Notes: generated from the letters alone by a model not told the origin. DNA of 58,258 bases from Ruditapes philippinarum (GCF_026571515.1 NW_026856310.1:1-58258), one strand, 5' to 3'; shown: positions 35,501 to 47,609, counted from the first letter of the stretch. Translations and numbers: made by a program.

Positions 35501-37222
35501 TATGACGCAATATCTAAAAATAGAAATAAATGATGCAATTTCTAAAAATAGAAATTATGATGCAATTTCTAAAAATAGAAAAAATGATGCAATCTCTAAA
35601 AATAGAAACAATGACGCATTTCTATAAAAAAAAACCAAAAAAACAATGACCCAATTTCTCTAAATAGAAACAATGACGCAATTCTATAAATAGAAACAAT
35701 GACGCAATTCTATAAATAGAAACAATGACACAATTTTAGTTATTGTTGTTGTTGTTGTAAATATATATATATAGACACACACACACCAATAAATATTTAA
35801 ATATGGTCATTTACTGCACAAATCTGAGAAAATTCAGTAATTTAACCTTCAAGGTCAAGGTCATTTAAGAGCCCAAGCAAAGTTGGGTTTGATAAACAAC
35901 AAGGTCTGGTCCTTAAGAATGTTCTCTAATAATATGAAGTTGATCCCTTCAATAATAGCAAAGTTACAGTCAGTGACCGCCAAAACAATGAAAATTTCAA
36001 TAATTTGACCTTCAAAGACAATGTCATTAATGTGTGAAGGTCAAGGTCTTCCGGTATATCTTTAACAGTAATCTTTGAAGATTATTATGTTCAAGTTTCA
36101 GGACAATCCATTCAAAAATAACAAACTTACAGCCAATAAAAGCCAAAAAAATGAAAATTTCAATAATTTGACCTTCAAAGTCAAGGTCATTTATGAGTGA
36201 AGGTCAAGGTCTGGCTGGTTATTTTTAAGGGATATCCTTAAAGATTATTATGTTCAAGTTTGAAGACAATCCATTCAAAAATAACAAAGTTACAGCCAAT
36301 AACAGCATGAACAAGCAAAAATTGGACTTTTAACCTTGAAGGTCAAGGTCATTTATGGATGAAGGTCAAGGTTAGTGTGGTCTACTGAAAGGTCTTGTCC
36401 CAAGGGTTGTTGTGGCCAAGTATGAAGACAATACACAAAGAAATAAAAAAGTTATGATCCAGGTACAAGTTTTCGGACGGCAACGGCAACGGCAACGGCA
36501 ACGCCGACCTGACTGTAGCAATACCTCTATTTTTTTTTCAAAAAAAAAAGTCGAGCTAAAAACTAAATCATTTCCAAATAATAAACATATTTTTCTGAAT
36601 GTGACCCGGAATTGTCGACGACCCGGAACTGTCGAGTTCACTGTATTGATATTTTATTGTATAAATAACAAGGTCAAACACATTTTAGGTCAAATCAATG
36701 CCACTAGCACCTGTGTGGCTAGCCGGTTCCTAAGAATAATTGTTGAGGTGTTTTGATAGAAAAAGAAACCTGAGCATAAAATACAAAACAACACATTAAA
36801 AAGGAAAAATAAAAATGAACAGACTTCTTTTTTATCTGACTGGGAAAGTCCTCATGATCATCCATAGGCTTTACCTTCTTTCAAAATATCAGTAAGAACT
36901 TGTTAGATCTCTTAAGGATTTCATAAATCATTTATCAATATAAGTTTTATTATAACTGTAAACTAAAATGCAGACAATTACCCAGCACACCGCTTGCAAC
37001 AGCTTTAAATGCACAACTTTCGAAAGCAGCGGAGATCATTTGCTCCTGCTTGCTTCGAGCAGCTGACCCATACGCTGACGGTAGGAAAACATTAGTCTTT
37101 AACTTTTTCTCGCCTATCACATGGTTTAAAATAAGATTAAAAGTTTCAAGATCAGACGTTTGTGGTGTCAATAATGTGTCTTTAGTAACAGCCTCCGGTG
37201 GCTGTCTCATGGGCGCCGCCAT
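23502..37222 (-). CDS. TIMM22: mitochondrial import inner membrane translocase subunit Tim22; exons 37222-36982, 27748-27552, 26451-26379, 23581-23502 (196 aa)
   Basis: All junctions are GT-AG and in phase (241+197+73+80 nt). Spliced product reads FESCAFKAVASGVLG|FALGGAIGLF..YGRNFGTIGFMFAGTECILET|YRGKSPLSNGTISGAIVGGALGLR|AGLKAAAFGAAGFAVFSTAVDYYFRH, a Tim17/22/23-family sequence with the Tim22 cysteines and C-terminus. Confidence 0.96.
23991..24822 (+). mobile_element. HINE/pearl-like element in TIMM22 intron 3
   Basis: Inverted GTGCCCCCAC / GTGGGGGCAC, four roughly 161-bp core repeats and a (GGAY)n microsatellite before the 3' end. Confidence 0.8.
24912..25225. repeat. degenerate minisatellite, roughly 48-bp unit (core TTGAATGTCACAA)
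   Basis: Core recurs about seven times at near-regular spacing. Confidence 0.75.
26039..26277. mobile_element. fold-back MITE, copy 3 of 3 (most complete)
   Basis: Inverted arms of about 100 bp around a short spacer, same family as copies 1 and 2. Confidence 0.85.
26581..26810. mobile_element. 230-bp MITE with CAGTG ends
   Basis: Imperfect TIR CAGTGAAAGAAATT / AATTTCAAACACTG with TTTTA on both flanks. Confidence 0.5.
28180..28650. repeat. long imperfect palindrome (fold-back element), boundaries approximate
   Basis: AGGTTATGTATAAATTGCGCACTTTA pairs with TAAAGTGCGCGATTTATACATAACCT around about 28410; outer arms GCTCGTCCT/AGGACGAG and GCCAATGCAAT/ATTGCATTGGC. Confidence 0.65.
28895..29253. 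mobile_element. PIF/Harbinger-like MITE
   Basis: TIR GGCCATCCTTAAAAAAATGTT extending imperfectly to about 35 bp; 3-bp TGA duplicated on both flanks. Confidence 0.75.
31670..32919 (-). pseudogene. decayed HIRAN-like domain gene carried by the transposon
   Basis: Pieces: MAPKRKRN..FQCPDC (from 32919); exon from 32523 with SVIKWYHAYKIRPP; then REYTNIKDINACLV..VGHVPRSLAGLFRSVLDEGG..GGGVVIPATY (ORF 31670-32107). In-frame TAA at 32350-32352 and a 271-bp insertion interrupt the domain. Confidence 0.6.
32070..32340. mobile_element. 271-bp insertion with TGT...ACA ends (possible solo LTR) splitting the HIRAN-like domain
   Basis: Removing about 272 nt restores RVN-REYTN in frame. Ends are TGTAATAG / ACAACA. 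No clean 4-6 bp TSD. Confidence 0.35.
33634..34078. mobile_element. 445-bp MITE with hAT-like ends and a 7-bp TSD
   Basis: Perfect 15-bp TIR CAGTGTTGCATCTAG; TATGACT directly repeated at 33627-33633 and 34079-34085. Confidence 0.8.
34103..36562 (+). mobile_element. Helentron-associated (HINE/pearl-like) non-autonomous element containing a minisatellite array
   Basis: AACAAGAG start; subterminal inverted repeat GCTCGACT (34132) / AGTCGAGC (36549); TGACCTTCAAGGTCAAGGTCA-type core repeats at about 35840-36375; (GGCAAC)n at 36479-36502; A-rich end. Confidence 0.7.
34278..35737. repeat. 27-bp minisatellite (ATGACGCAATTTCTAAAAATAGAAAWW), about 50 copies, with a 487-bp higher-order duplication
   Basis: Directly visible tandem array. 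The variant TAGATATACTAAAATAG recurs 487 bp apart (about 34524 and 35011). Confidence 0.95.
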
Positions 37223-37230
37223 CGGAAGTG
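37215..37230 (-). promoter_or_regulatory. ETS/GABP-type site abutting the TIMM22 start codon, with YY1-like ATGGCGGC
   Basis: Minus strand reads CACTTCCG-ATGGCGGC, an arrangement common at housekeeping and mitochondrial gene starts. Confidence 0.4.
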
Positions 37231-38924
37231 ATGTAAGTGAGCAATAACTAACCCAAAGTTAAATATTTACAGAAAAAACGATCTCACTAAAAAGCGTCCC
37301 GAAAAAAAAGAGATTTTTTTCTAAATTTAAACAATCAGATGGGTTAAACTTATTGTTTATAAGGTATATTATTATTTATCACAGATATGTAAACTCTATA
37401 TTTATCTCCATGTATGTATTAAGGTATTTATGATAGAAAATATCTTAATTGACATTTTTTCTATTTACTGTACAGTACAGTATATCAATAAAACTAACTT
37501 ACCTTCGAGTCCAATTCACTTGCTCAAAAACCACCCTGCTGTATATAAATTGTGTATTACAATATGGGTATCTTATATGGTTAAAACTTAAAACTAAGAT
37601 TATTTTGCCAATTTATATACATTAATTAAGTTTAATGAATTAGTTCTGTAAGTAACATTAGGCGAGAAAGCAAATTTTCGTACAAAAAAATATCAATTTC
37701 AAGCCCAAAACCTAACGTTTATCAACGCCTATGCTTATCTTTTTATTCTATTTTTGCAAAAACATAGACCACAGTTACAAAAAAAGGATATACATATATA
37801 TAAAATAACAGTTTAACAAATTGAAATATCATTTCGTAAAAGAAATAAATCAAATAAATTAAGTTAATGACTGAAATCAGATAAGGCATTGGTTAGAATT
37901 ATTAAAAAATCACAGTTCAGATTATGACTAGGCCTACAACAAGTCAGAGACTTAATACTTAGCACAGAATATAGTTTAAGTTTACTGATAGATATGATAC
38001 ATAAAATCTACAATGTATATAGTTTAACATGAATTTTAAGATATAATATGGGGGATATACAGGTAAAGTATACCCTTAAAAATATTCAATACAATGTTTT
38101 TTTAGAGTGATCTATGGTTACAATTAAGGATGGCCCAATAAGCTGGTGTGCTTATTTCCAATGGAGTCCTGTTAATCAAATAGATGGAAACAAGATGAAA
38201 CCAGAGAGACATCCCTTTCTCAAATAAAAAATAGATAATGAGATAAACTACGAATTAATCTTAGCATTTCTAGGTAGGTTTCATAATAGATTCAGTAGAT
38301 GCAAGTAAAAAAAATACTCAATGGATATCAGTATCTTAACACGTATATGCTAGATTATCGCTGTAGTTTTGCATTATCACAGAAAAAAAAAGCCGCAGGA
38401 AAAACATGAGATGACTAAAAACTGATATGACTAAGCCTCGATATGTTGCCACTCAGTAATATATTAAACAATCACTTTGATGTTGTGCAGCCCAAATTGA
38501 AGCAAGGTGGCTTTTAACAGAAGTTTTATATAAAGTTGGACATTTTACATTATCTGTCAAACTATTCCAATCTTTAATACCATTATAGAAAAAAGTGCCA
38601 TTGCATGTCTTATTACAATGAGGAATTGAAAAATTTAACTCATTTTATCTAGTGTTGTATTTGTGTATAATCCGAACAAAGTTTGTCTTCATATAAGTTA
38701 GACACTTATAAAAAAAAACCTCATGCATATAATTGAGTCTTAGTTGTTTTACTCTATTTTCAATATTTAACATCTGTAAAATCAGAAGGAGTTAAACTAG
38801 TTCTTGGATGGTTATCGTTTATAAACCTTAAATGACTTTATTTTGAGCTACTTGCAGTTTCTTTTTCAGACTATAATAGGCGTAGGCCTATTTCAGGTCG
38901 CATATTGATCAAGGTAGCGTCCAG

Positions 38925-39450
38925 GAGCGTCTAGAAGGTGATTCTTTATCAAAGCAAAGATAATATCTAAATAAATTGTAATTTATTTATTTTTTGCACG
39001 TGAAAGTAACATAAACAAGTGCATTTTTTATCCACAGAATATTATTTTACCGCACGAAAACTGACGTTTTACTGTGGGATTTCATGTCGCGTTAACAAAG
39101 CGTTCCGAAGCGTCTGGACGTATTATGTCACTTCAAACATCGATAAAGTTAAAATAAATCATTGTCCATTTAGATAGTTTGTTTGTCTAAATGATATAAT
39201 TCAGGAAGACAGGTTTTCTCTATATACAAACTATTATTTAATATCCAGAAGACAATTAAGTACGTACGTGCGTAAGTTCATGTCACATTTTCATATTATA
39301 AAATGAGGAAGCGTCCGGAAGGTGTTGTTTTAATCTAAACAAAGATAATATTGAAATAAATTGTGATTGACTTTTATACTTGTATGTGTAAGTAACATTA
39401 ACAAGGAAAAAAGCAACCACAACATATCATTTTACAGCACGAAAACTGAC
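38925..39450. repeat. diverged direct repeat of about 140 bp (about 38925-39066 and 39310-39450)
   Basis: AGCGTC..GAAGGTG...CAAAGATAATAT...AAGTAACAT.AACAAG...GCACGAAAACTGAC occurs twice. Confidence 0.6.
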
Positions 39451-40269
39451 AATAAAATTCTTCACAAAAACTTAAAAGTATGTAAATTTATAATTATCCT
39501 TCTCGACATAGATTTATATTAAATAATTATTATAATCTGTATAATAAAAGTCTCTGAATGTAGGTAATCCTTTCATTGATGCAATAATCTTGTTCACATC
39601 AAAATAGTAAGTGTTTGTCTTTATCCTCGAGGCCAGACCTCTATGTATATATATTATTATAATTGTCACATATGCTGTATAATGGATTCCACATTAGCAT
39701 CTGGAATATTATCAAAAAAGCGTGAGCATTAATTAGGATAATTAAATAATAATTAGGATAATAAGTAAGTGATTATAAATCTTCTCAAAGAAATAATCAT
39801 TTACTTTCCCATTTTAATTTACTTCCATAGATTTTGTCAAAATCTGTATGATTACGTCTGTTTCTTGATTAAAAAAATCTTAAAATTACTTCTTTTCCAG
39901 AATATAAGGAACTTTCTTTAAATGTATTTAATAATTAAAGGAATAATAGGGATGGTCAACTTGGTCAACATAAACATGTCAGAGTAACGGTGTCATTTGT
40001 TAAGTCAGTAAAAAGCTAAATTAGCATTATATTGTCCTATAGCTCACGTCCATGTATAGAAAAGGTATTTAAATGGACACAAGTCATTATAAAAGAGTCA
40101 TCATAATGTACAATAATTCCTGAAAAGTACACACGTCATTATGATTTGACTGTCTTTTATTGGTAAAACAATGTATCGATTGGGTCATTCCCCTGTGATC
40201 TGTAGTAAGCGATTTCGATTTTTTTATTTCACTGTTAAATCCAATAGAAACAAAGAACACGGGGTGGAA

Positions 40270-41102
40270 CCCCATATACGGATCTCAAAAATGAGCATCG
40301 GTAAAAGTATAGGTGAATTTACGCTGCTCCAGATGTGAAGCATATCATCAGATGTGACAGGGAAATTAGGCACATCGCAGAGTAAGTTTTCAACTTTTTA
40401 AACAGTTATGTAAAATTCAAACCTTATTTTAAGAAAATTGAAATGTAATTCTACCCTCCTGACTCCTCTACATTGCCCATTTTTGTACTGAAATTCTTGG
40501 AGTCTTCATCAAGATATTCTTTCAGCCGTGGCTAAAACACGCAATGCATATGAAGAAAATGTCACTAAACGGACTCAGAATACAAAATCACACCATAGAC
40601 CGACGCTTCACATTCGAACAAATCCTGATTTAAACATTAATTGAGCTTTGGCTACAAATGAAACAGTCGTTGCTCATAAATGCATATGAGCTCTATATGT
40701 GTTTAAGAGATCCATAAGTGACTTTACCGTGCATGTAATACGACAACAGCAACCTAGATATAGATCCCATTTATAAAGTAATCTACACTTTATTCTTTTC
40801 TGTATCATTCTGTGATAAAAAATATGCGCATTGCATGTTTCGGCCACACCAGAACCCACGACAGAAAGAATATCTCAATGAAGGCTGCATAGAATTCCAG
40901 TACAAAAATGGGTTGGTTATATAGAGTAGAACCACATTTCGATTTTCTTAAAAAAGGTTTGAATGGTATGTAACTGTTTAAAAAGTAAAAAAACTTACCC
41001 TGCTATTGACCAAATTTCACTGTCGCACCTGGTGTTATGCTTCACATCGGGAGCAGCTGAAATTCTTTTTAATGATGCTCATTTTTGAAATCCATATGGG
41101 GG
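40270..41102. mobile_element. old non-autonomous DNA element with diverged TIRs of about 230 bp
   Basis: TCAAAAATGAGCATC..GCTGCTCC.GATGTGAAGCATA..TTTTTAAACAGTTA..CCCATTTTTGTACTG is mirrored at about 40890-41100. Confidence 0.75.
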
Positions 41103-42847
41103 TATGGGGAAATGCTTGAACTTTCAAGAAACATAGGCGAATATCAGGTTCCTTAGTCAGGAAATGGACGTTATATCTCTGTGATCTTCTACTTCATATA
41201 TTTATATGTAATATGAATGAAAGTTTTAACTAACAAATTCGTTTTATCAAATTATTCAATACTTATATCACAAACAACGCAGTGGACGTGAAAAGAACGT
41301 AGGAGTCGTGCAATTCAATAGCCAAAACGAACACAACAGTAAGTAAACGAACCAAACGGATATTCTGGAAGTTAGCAGATTTGATTTTTGAAAACATTTA
41401 TGTCGCCTCAGTGTTTCATTCCCGAAATCGAAGTTAAATGTTGAAATGCCTGGATAATTTTATATCTGCTTCTTTAAGTATCACACATGTATTTGGAACT
41501 ATTAGGTCGGCAAATGTTTCCGGTATAAATGTTCAAACACAAGTTGTTTTGCGTCATTGTTGTAATTGATATCGATGAAACTTCCTTAAGTTTCAATATG
41601 GTAGCCCTGAGCAAACAAGAACTTTATTAAGATTTAAATGTTAAATGTGAGTGCTCATTTCCAAACTTAGGTTTCAATTTACCACAACATTAATACCGTA
41701 CATGTGCAAACATGTTACCTCAGAGCTCTCATTATTACAGACCTTTTTTGCAAGGTGTCATCTGGCGCGTACATGCCAACATTAACATGATGTTTAAAGG
41801 TAGAACTTACGTTTAACTGTCATTGGTGGGATATTTGTTAAGTGGTTTGTTATTCCTTCTAAAGCTGAGCTATATGTATAAGAAAACTATGTAAAGAGAT
41901 TTGTTTTCTTTCCAATTGATTTAGAAAAAATTCACTGTCGAGTCTATACACAAATATACATGGAAAGTTTATCATTAATATCGCTATAAAATGGAATTAA
42001 TGGTTCAAATCTTCGAATTAACGAACATTTATATTTTGCACTAATCCGATTAGCGACATATGCACAATTAAGATTACACATTTCATTACGTACAAACAAA
42101 GTATTGTTTAGATGAAGGAGGCACAGTCTCTTATTACGGTAAAAACACATTTCTAATATTTCATATTAAATAATCATTATTAAGAATAATTTTAAAAAGT
42201 TTTACTGGGTTTCAATTTTACTGGATGTTGTATTTTTTTAACGCTTGTTTGTCTGTTTAAAATAAATCTTGGGCATCTTCAAACGTTAACGTTTTATTAG
42301 TAGGAGTATGTATCTAAAAACCGCTAAGTTAATCATTTTATCACATACCCGTGTCGCTTTTACGACCCTGTTAAAAGTATTTATTGCACAACTTCACGTC
42401 ATTCGCTTTATACCAACATAGCATTTAGGCGCGTCATTAACAAAACAATATTTTTTACTTTTAATAATTATGATGTTGGTTATGTGCTAACTATAGCATA
42501 TTATATTCGTGTACATTCATTACTGAATTTATTGAATTCGATGAATAAAAAATATTATTTTATACAACTCGTTCCGTAATTTAAGTATTGAATCTACACT
42601 AAATTAGTATTCTCTATCATGTATATATATGCGTTTTTTCGTCATCAAAATTGGAAATTAAAAATGATTACATTATATACTTTTATATATGCATTATATA
42701 CAGTCGATTATATTAAGATGAAAATGTTTCAGGAAACTTTTTGATTTGTTTTATGGTAAGTAATTCTTGCGACAAGATTATATCTTCTCGCAGGTACACC
42801 GAAGAAAATGTCTACAGTAACAATTTTCATGAATTTTTCAGATCAAG

Positions 42848-45448
42848 ATGTCAATACGAAAAACAATCATGTTCACTGTAATCGTTGCGTATTTCTATAT
42901 ACAAGTTTGTCATGGATATCGTAAGTAATTTAGACTGTTTTTCATGTTATAAAAGAAGGAAATTGACACGGGTAACATGTTAATTACATTGATGCTTAAA
43001 TATGAAACAAAGCATACAAACTGATTTACATATAAACCTTCGCATCATGCGTGGATGCATCGTGTCAACAGCAACTATGCCTACAGATGATAAAAAACAT
43101 ACACACAGAAAAATGCATACACTATTTTAACAGCAATGATGCAGATGCATAAATTTGAAAACAGACTGGCATTCACCAATGAAATAGATACGATACGATG
43201 ACTAAAGAGATGAAGAATAAACATACAAACAATTACTCATGTATTAACGGTGTCAACAGCAACGATGCCTAAAGTTGAATTAAAAAATACAGACTGATGC
43301 ACGCATACCCTGTGACAACAAAAAGATATCCCAAAGTTAAAGAAAAACAGACTGAAGCATGATAAAAGTTGAAAAACAATCATGCGGACGGTAGCATGCA
43401 TAAATTGTGCCAATAACAACTGGAAGTAAGAAAGATACGTATGGCTAAATAATACTGGTGAATGTGGTTTTGTCGAAAACGTGCATCATGGGCATTATGA
43501 CATGATATGACATGCCGTTGATACGAATATGAAGTCTATCGGAAAAAAATGACATAAGTTTGGTGACACATTGTTAATTCAGATCTAACATATAGCACAC
43601 GAGACAGACAATGGTGCCACGTACGTTCGTTCTTCATGTTCTAAGTTTGTCATAATTCAACTGTTATTTTTGGGGGAATCGAAAATGCATAACATTAACT
43701 TACATGCACTTTGGTCGTCAATAAGCGGTATTGGTATTTGTCACAAACACTCGGCACATCCTCTCTTTCTTGGTCATTACGTTCATGTTTCTTTTTGTTT
43801 ACATTCGTGTTTCTTTTTGTTGTTGTTGATCAGCTAGTTCTAGGCTTAGCATCATTCTTTCAATAAATTCACAGTAATTTCAATTTTCTTTTACTCCAGC
43901 TATACCGCTTTTTATGCTATTAAACGAAACGAACGATGGGCAATATTAAGACTCCTTGGTATATAAATATATTGATTTCCAGAATTTAGAGAAATCCTAC
44001 TTCAGAAAAGATAATCTTGTAAATCTTGATCGAAAATATTTTTGAATGATTTACACTACACCATCTGATAATGCTGGTACCCCGTTTCTTTATACTGTCT
44101 TTTCCGATTTTTCAGACTCGTGCAAAGATTTAAAGCAAGGTAACCCAAACCTTTTAAGTGGCGAATATACCTTTTATAATGGCGAAGGGCAAACTTACAA
44201 AGCATTCTGTGAATTCTACGACAAGTATGGCTATATGTTTATCTCGAGAGAAGCTACTGTGGCCATCAAACCAACCCTAATAGATTACAATACAACCGAA
44301 GTTCTTGTCAAACACCAGAGAACTACCGGCAAACAATACGACACCATTATGAACCAAATATCAGCAAAATCTTCTGTGCCTCTTAGTATCCAATATAACA
44401 GTTATGTTGACTATACACGTCCACACAACTATGAAACAATGCAACCTTATCTATACTTGGGCTTTCTACCCAGAGGTGTTGCCAAAGCAAAAAATGTTCA
44501 AGGCTACAAGGCAAATGGTCAGGATTACACGTTTAAAAATTGCGACAGAAGACCTCACAGTTATATAGCCTTCTTTTTCAACCCCGACCATAAAGACCCT
44601 ACAAACTATCAGTTAACGTGTTGTTACTCGGATCTTATGCACCATTGGCTAGATACTGGAAAGAAGGCTTCGACATATCTCAACCAATGCTATTTCTTTC
44701 AAATAGAAATACACATGGGAGGATGTGGCGGATATGCTGTCAATGGCTTTAATACTATGGAACCTGTATGTGGAGCTGCGTTGGGAATGAGATTTGGTAA
44801 GTTTTTTGTTTGTTTGTTTGTTGTGGGTTTTACGTCACACCGACACAGAAGTACATATAGGTCATGTGGCGACGTTCCAGCTTTAGTAGTGGAGGAAGAC
44901 CTTAGGTGACCTTTTGTACATTATGTCAGACAAAGACGGACACCTAAGTATAACCACCGACGTTAAGTTGGATACCTTCCTCACATGAAAAAAAAATCAA
45001 AGGTCCTTGTCGGAATTCGAACCCACATCGGTGAGTTGCAAGCAGTTTGAAGTCAACGACCTTTACCACGCGGACACGGACGCCCCAATACTTTGGTAAG
45101 TAAACGCTTCTAATAAAATGAAAAATCAAGGAAGGTTAGTAAAATAAAATGAAATTTAACTTTCTGCTTACTTCCTCAGGAAGTTCGAATTCCTTTATTA
45201 ATACATTTAATACAATTTAACCCGAAAAATGATCAAAATGTGGTGATGTACACAAAATGTATATGTTTATTATTGTGATCCAAGTGTGAAAATGTCCTAT
45301 TATGATGGACATTGACTGAGTCGTAGTCATAAAAATTTTAAACCAAAATATTTGTCGTAATTTATGTAAACATATGTTAAACCGAAGAAATCTAGCACCT
45401 GATGGTTCTGATATTGCTGCAATATTGTTTTCTTTTTCAGACATCTGA
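42848..45448 (+). CDS. secreted protein of unknown family with a fibrinogen-domain-like N-terminal motif; exons 42848-42920, 44116-44796, 45441-45448 (253 aa)
   Basis: Exon 1 encodes a signal-peptide-like MSIRKTIMFTVIVAYFYIQVCHG-Y ending at a phase-1 GTAAGT. The 681-nt phase 1-1 exon starts SCKDLKQGNPNLLSGEYTFYNGEGQTYKAFCEF. Last acceptor TTTTTCAG gives D-I-stop. Confidence 0.75.
44805..45086 (-). mobile_element. tRNA-derived SINE, near full length
   Basis: Minus strand: GGGGCGTCCGTGTCCGCGTGGTAAAGG head, GGGTTCGAATTCC B box, shared body and an (AAAC)n tail ending a few bases from the donor at 44797. Confidence 0.8.
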
Positions 45449-45617
45449 TGAACACCATATCTATTCTACATTATTTGTCTCTATTAAACTAACTTTTAAA
45501 AAATGTATTGATTGATGTCACATTTGAACTTTAATGGGAAACGAAAAGATCAATGAATGTAATACTAAGTGTTGTTTTTCTTATTTCCTCGTCAGACACA
45601 CAAGGAGCAATACTGCA

Positions 45618-45770
45618 TGTCATCATCACCATCATCGTCGTCGTCGTTGTTGTTGTTGTTGTCGTTGCAATCATTATTACTATTATCATCATCAACGTTG
45701 TCAGGATTAACTTCATCATCTTCATCGTCGTCATTTTCGTCGTCGTCGTATCATCATCAGCGTCATAGTC
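45618..45770. repeat. compound trinucleotide microsatellite (TCA/TCG/TTG)
   Basis: Directly visible. Confidence 0.85.
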
Positions 45771-47609
45771 ATTAAAACCAAATATGTCGTTTAAACTCAC
45801 TGCTACTGTTATTATGACAACGTAGTCATAGACGCTAAAAATCTTGCCGAGTTAAACTTCAGGTCAGATAGCAAAGTTATTTATTCCTTTGCACACCCCA
45901 GTAAGATGTCCGTTTTCAAGAGTCTCAGTGCTTTTGAAGGAAAGGACATTTTGAAATAATGCTAGTTGAATGTTCAGTGCTATAAAAGGAAAATGGTATT
46001 TCTAAAGTATATACTTTCTTTTACGTTTACCGTAGTCTTGAGACTCCATACGTCAGAACAACTTATCACCTACTAAGATAAATATGTTATAAACATGTTT
46101 GAGTATATACAGAGCCTGCATATACAAAATAAAAAAATATACACTGCACGAAATATTCTACACGAACCGTTGTATGACAAAACATTCTATGTATGACATT
46201 CTTCACTGCACAATATTTGAAAAAATACTTGCTGCAAAGGCTACATAACGAATGACAAATTGTACTACAAAGAACATGTTGGACAATACTAGTATTTGCT
46301 ATGCGATAAACCAAACAATGCTTGACAAAACATACCATACATGTATACAAAACATAAACTAAAGAAAAATTAAATGTTTGGCAAAATATACCCTAGTAAA
46401 TCATGCACCAGTAATTATATGAAATACATTATCTCTCCATATTTGGAGGTAACCCTAGTATTAATTTAAGCCTTCTATATTTATGACAACAAGTGTTGAC
46501 CAAGTTACCATACCAGAAGCAAACATACTGATTCCTGGAATAATTATGATGGTGACCGATAATTGAGTTTCCTAAACACAACAATTGCAGGCCTCTTGTC
46601 CATCATTTATTCAGGTAACCGTTGACAGAATTACCATACTAAAATTTCCCAGATTGAAACACAGTCTAGCCCCAACAGATTTATAGTTATAAATAATGAC
46701 AACAAATGAGGTTTAAATTCTCATACAAGCTCAATCATTAAATCAAACCTTAACCAGGTGCATTGCTAAAACTACAACTGTATTGATGAGATGGATTACA
46801 AACTTTGAGAGGACCCATAAAGTAGTTTTTCTTTACTTAAGTAATTGAGTAGATACCATTGAAAAACTGATCTATGAAACAATACATGAAAATGTATGGT
46901 ATAATCAATGTATAACAAAATGAATCAAACTAGAATGCATGACATATGTAGTATACAGAGCAATGTATTACAAACTGTTTTATACAGAACAGTGTCTAAA
47001 AACAAAGCATCACAATATGTACTACAAGTACAAATGTTCCTGCAATGCAGCAATTGAGAAGCTCCACGCAAAAAAAATGCGCTCATTACAGATACTTTAG
47101 CAAATCATTCCTACGCACAGGTCATGTTGTATTCTGTTATAATTCTTAAAAGAATGGCTACAGTATACAATTTATTGTATGTATATTGTTTTAATTGTAA
47201 ATGTATGCATAGATCAAACTATGATAAAATGATAAAGTATATTCGGATTAAGTACTCTTGTACATTTTTCAAATGTTTTGTAAATCATTTTTGCATCATT
47301 ATGCTTATCGTATACATGCACTGTCCATAAGAGAGGGTCCAGATATAAAATAAAAAAAATATACTTTTACTGATGATTACCTGTTAAGGAAAGTAATTCC
47401 ATTGAATACAAACAAGACTTACACGACTTGTAAATGTAATGTGACATGACTGTAGTGCAACAGTGTTCTGTTTATGTCACTACTGTAGTCATTTACATAA
47501 GATAATAAAAATATCAAAGCATGTACATTTTCTTTGTACCTATAATCCTACTCATTTTCTACAAATATGAACAACTAATCATGGTAAGAACCCATCAACG
47601 ATGAACTTG

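Larger units (their letters stand above)
31085..36643. mobile_element. 5.56-kb TIR DNA transposon, Tc1/mariner-pogo type ends, non-autonomous, in TIMM22 intron 1
   Basis: Perfect 24-bp TIRs CAGTGAACTCGACAGTTCCGGGTC (31085-31108; reverse complement 36620-36643) with TA on both sides. Subterminal CGGGTC/GACCCG repeats near both ends. No transposase ORF seen. Confidence 0.85.

Noticed and set aside
34335-35627. Long repetitive ORFs (MTQFLKIEK, NDAISKNRK, FRNCVIFSI) and a CRISPR-like look
   Set aside because: Products of a 27-bp monomer that is open in several frames on both strands. There are no unique spacers or cas genes, and the context is a eukaryotic intron.
38107-38272. AG...GT-bounded segment upstream of TIMM22 as a divergent gene exon
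   Set aside because: The ATG-initiated frame stops after 37 codons, and there is no recognisable protein motif or partner exon.
44797-44909. C-terminal extension of the 287-aa ORF (KFFVCLFVVGF...)
   Set aside because: Lies after a GTAAGT donor and is the antisense SINE tail and body.
45531-45800. Poly-V/T/S ORFs
   Set aside because: Translations of a compound trinucleotide microsatellite.
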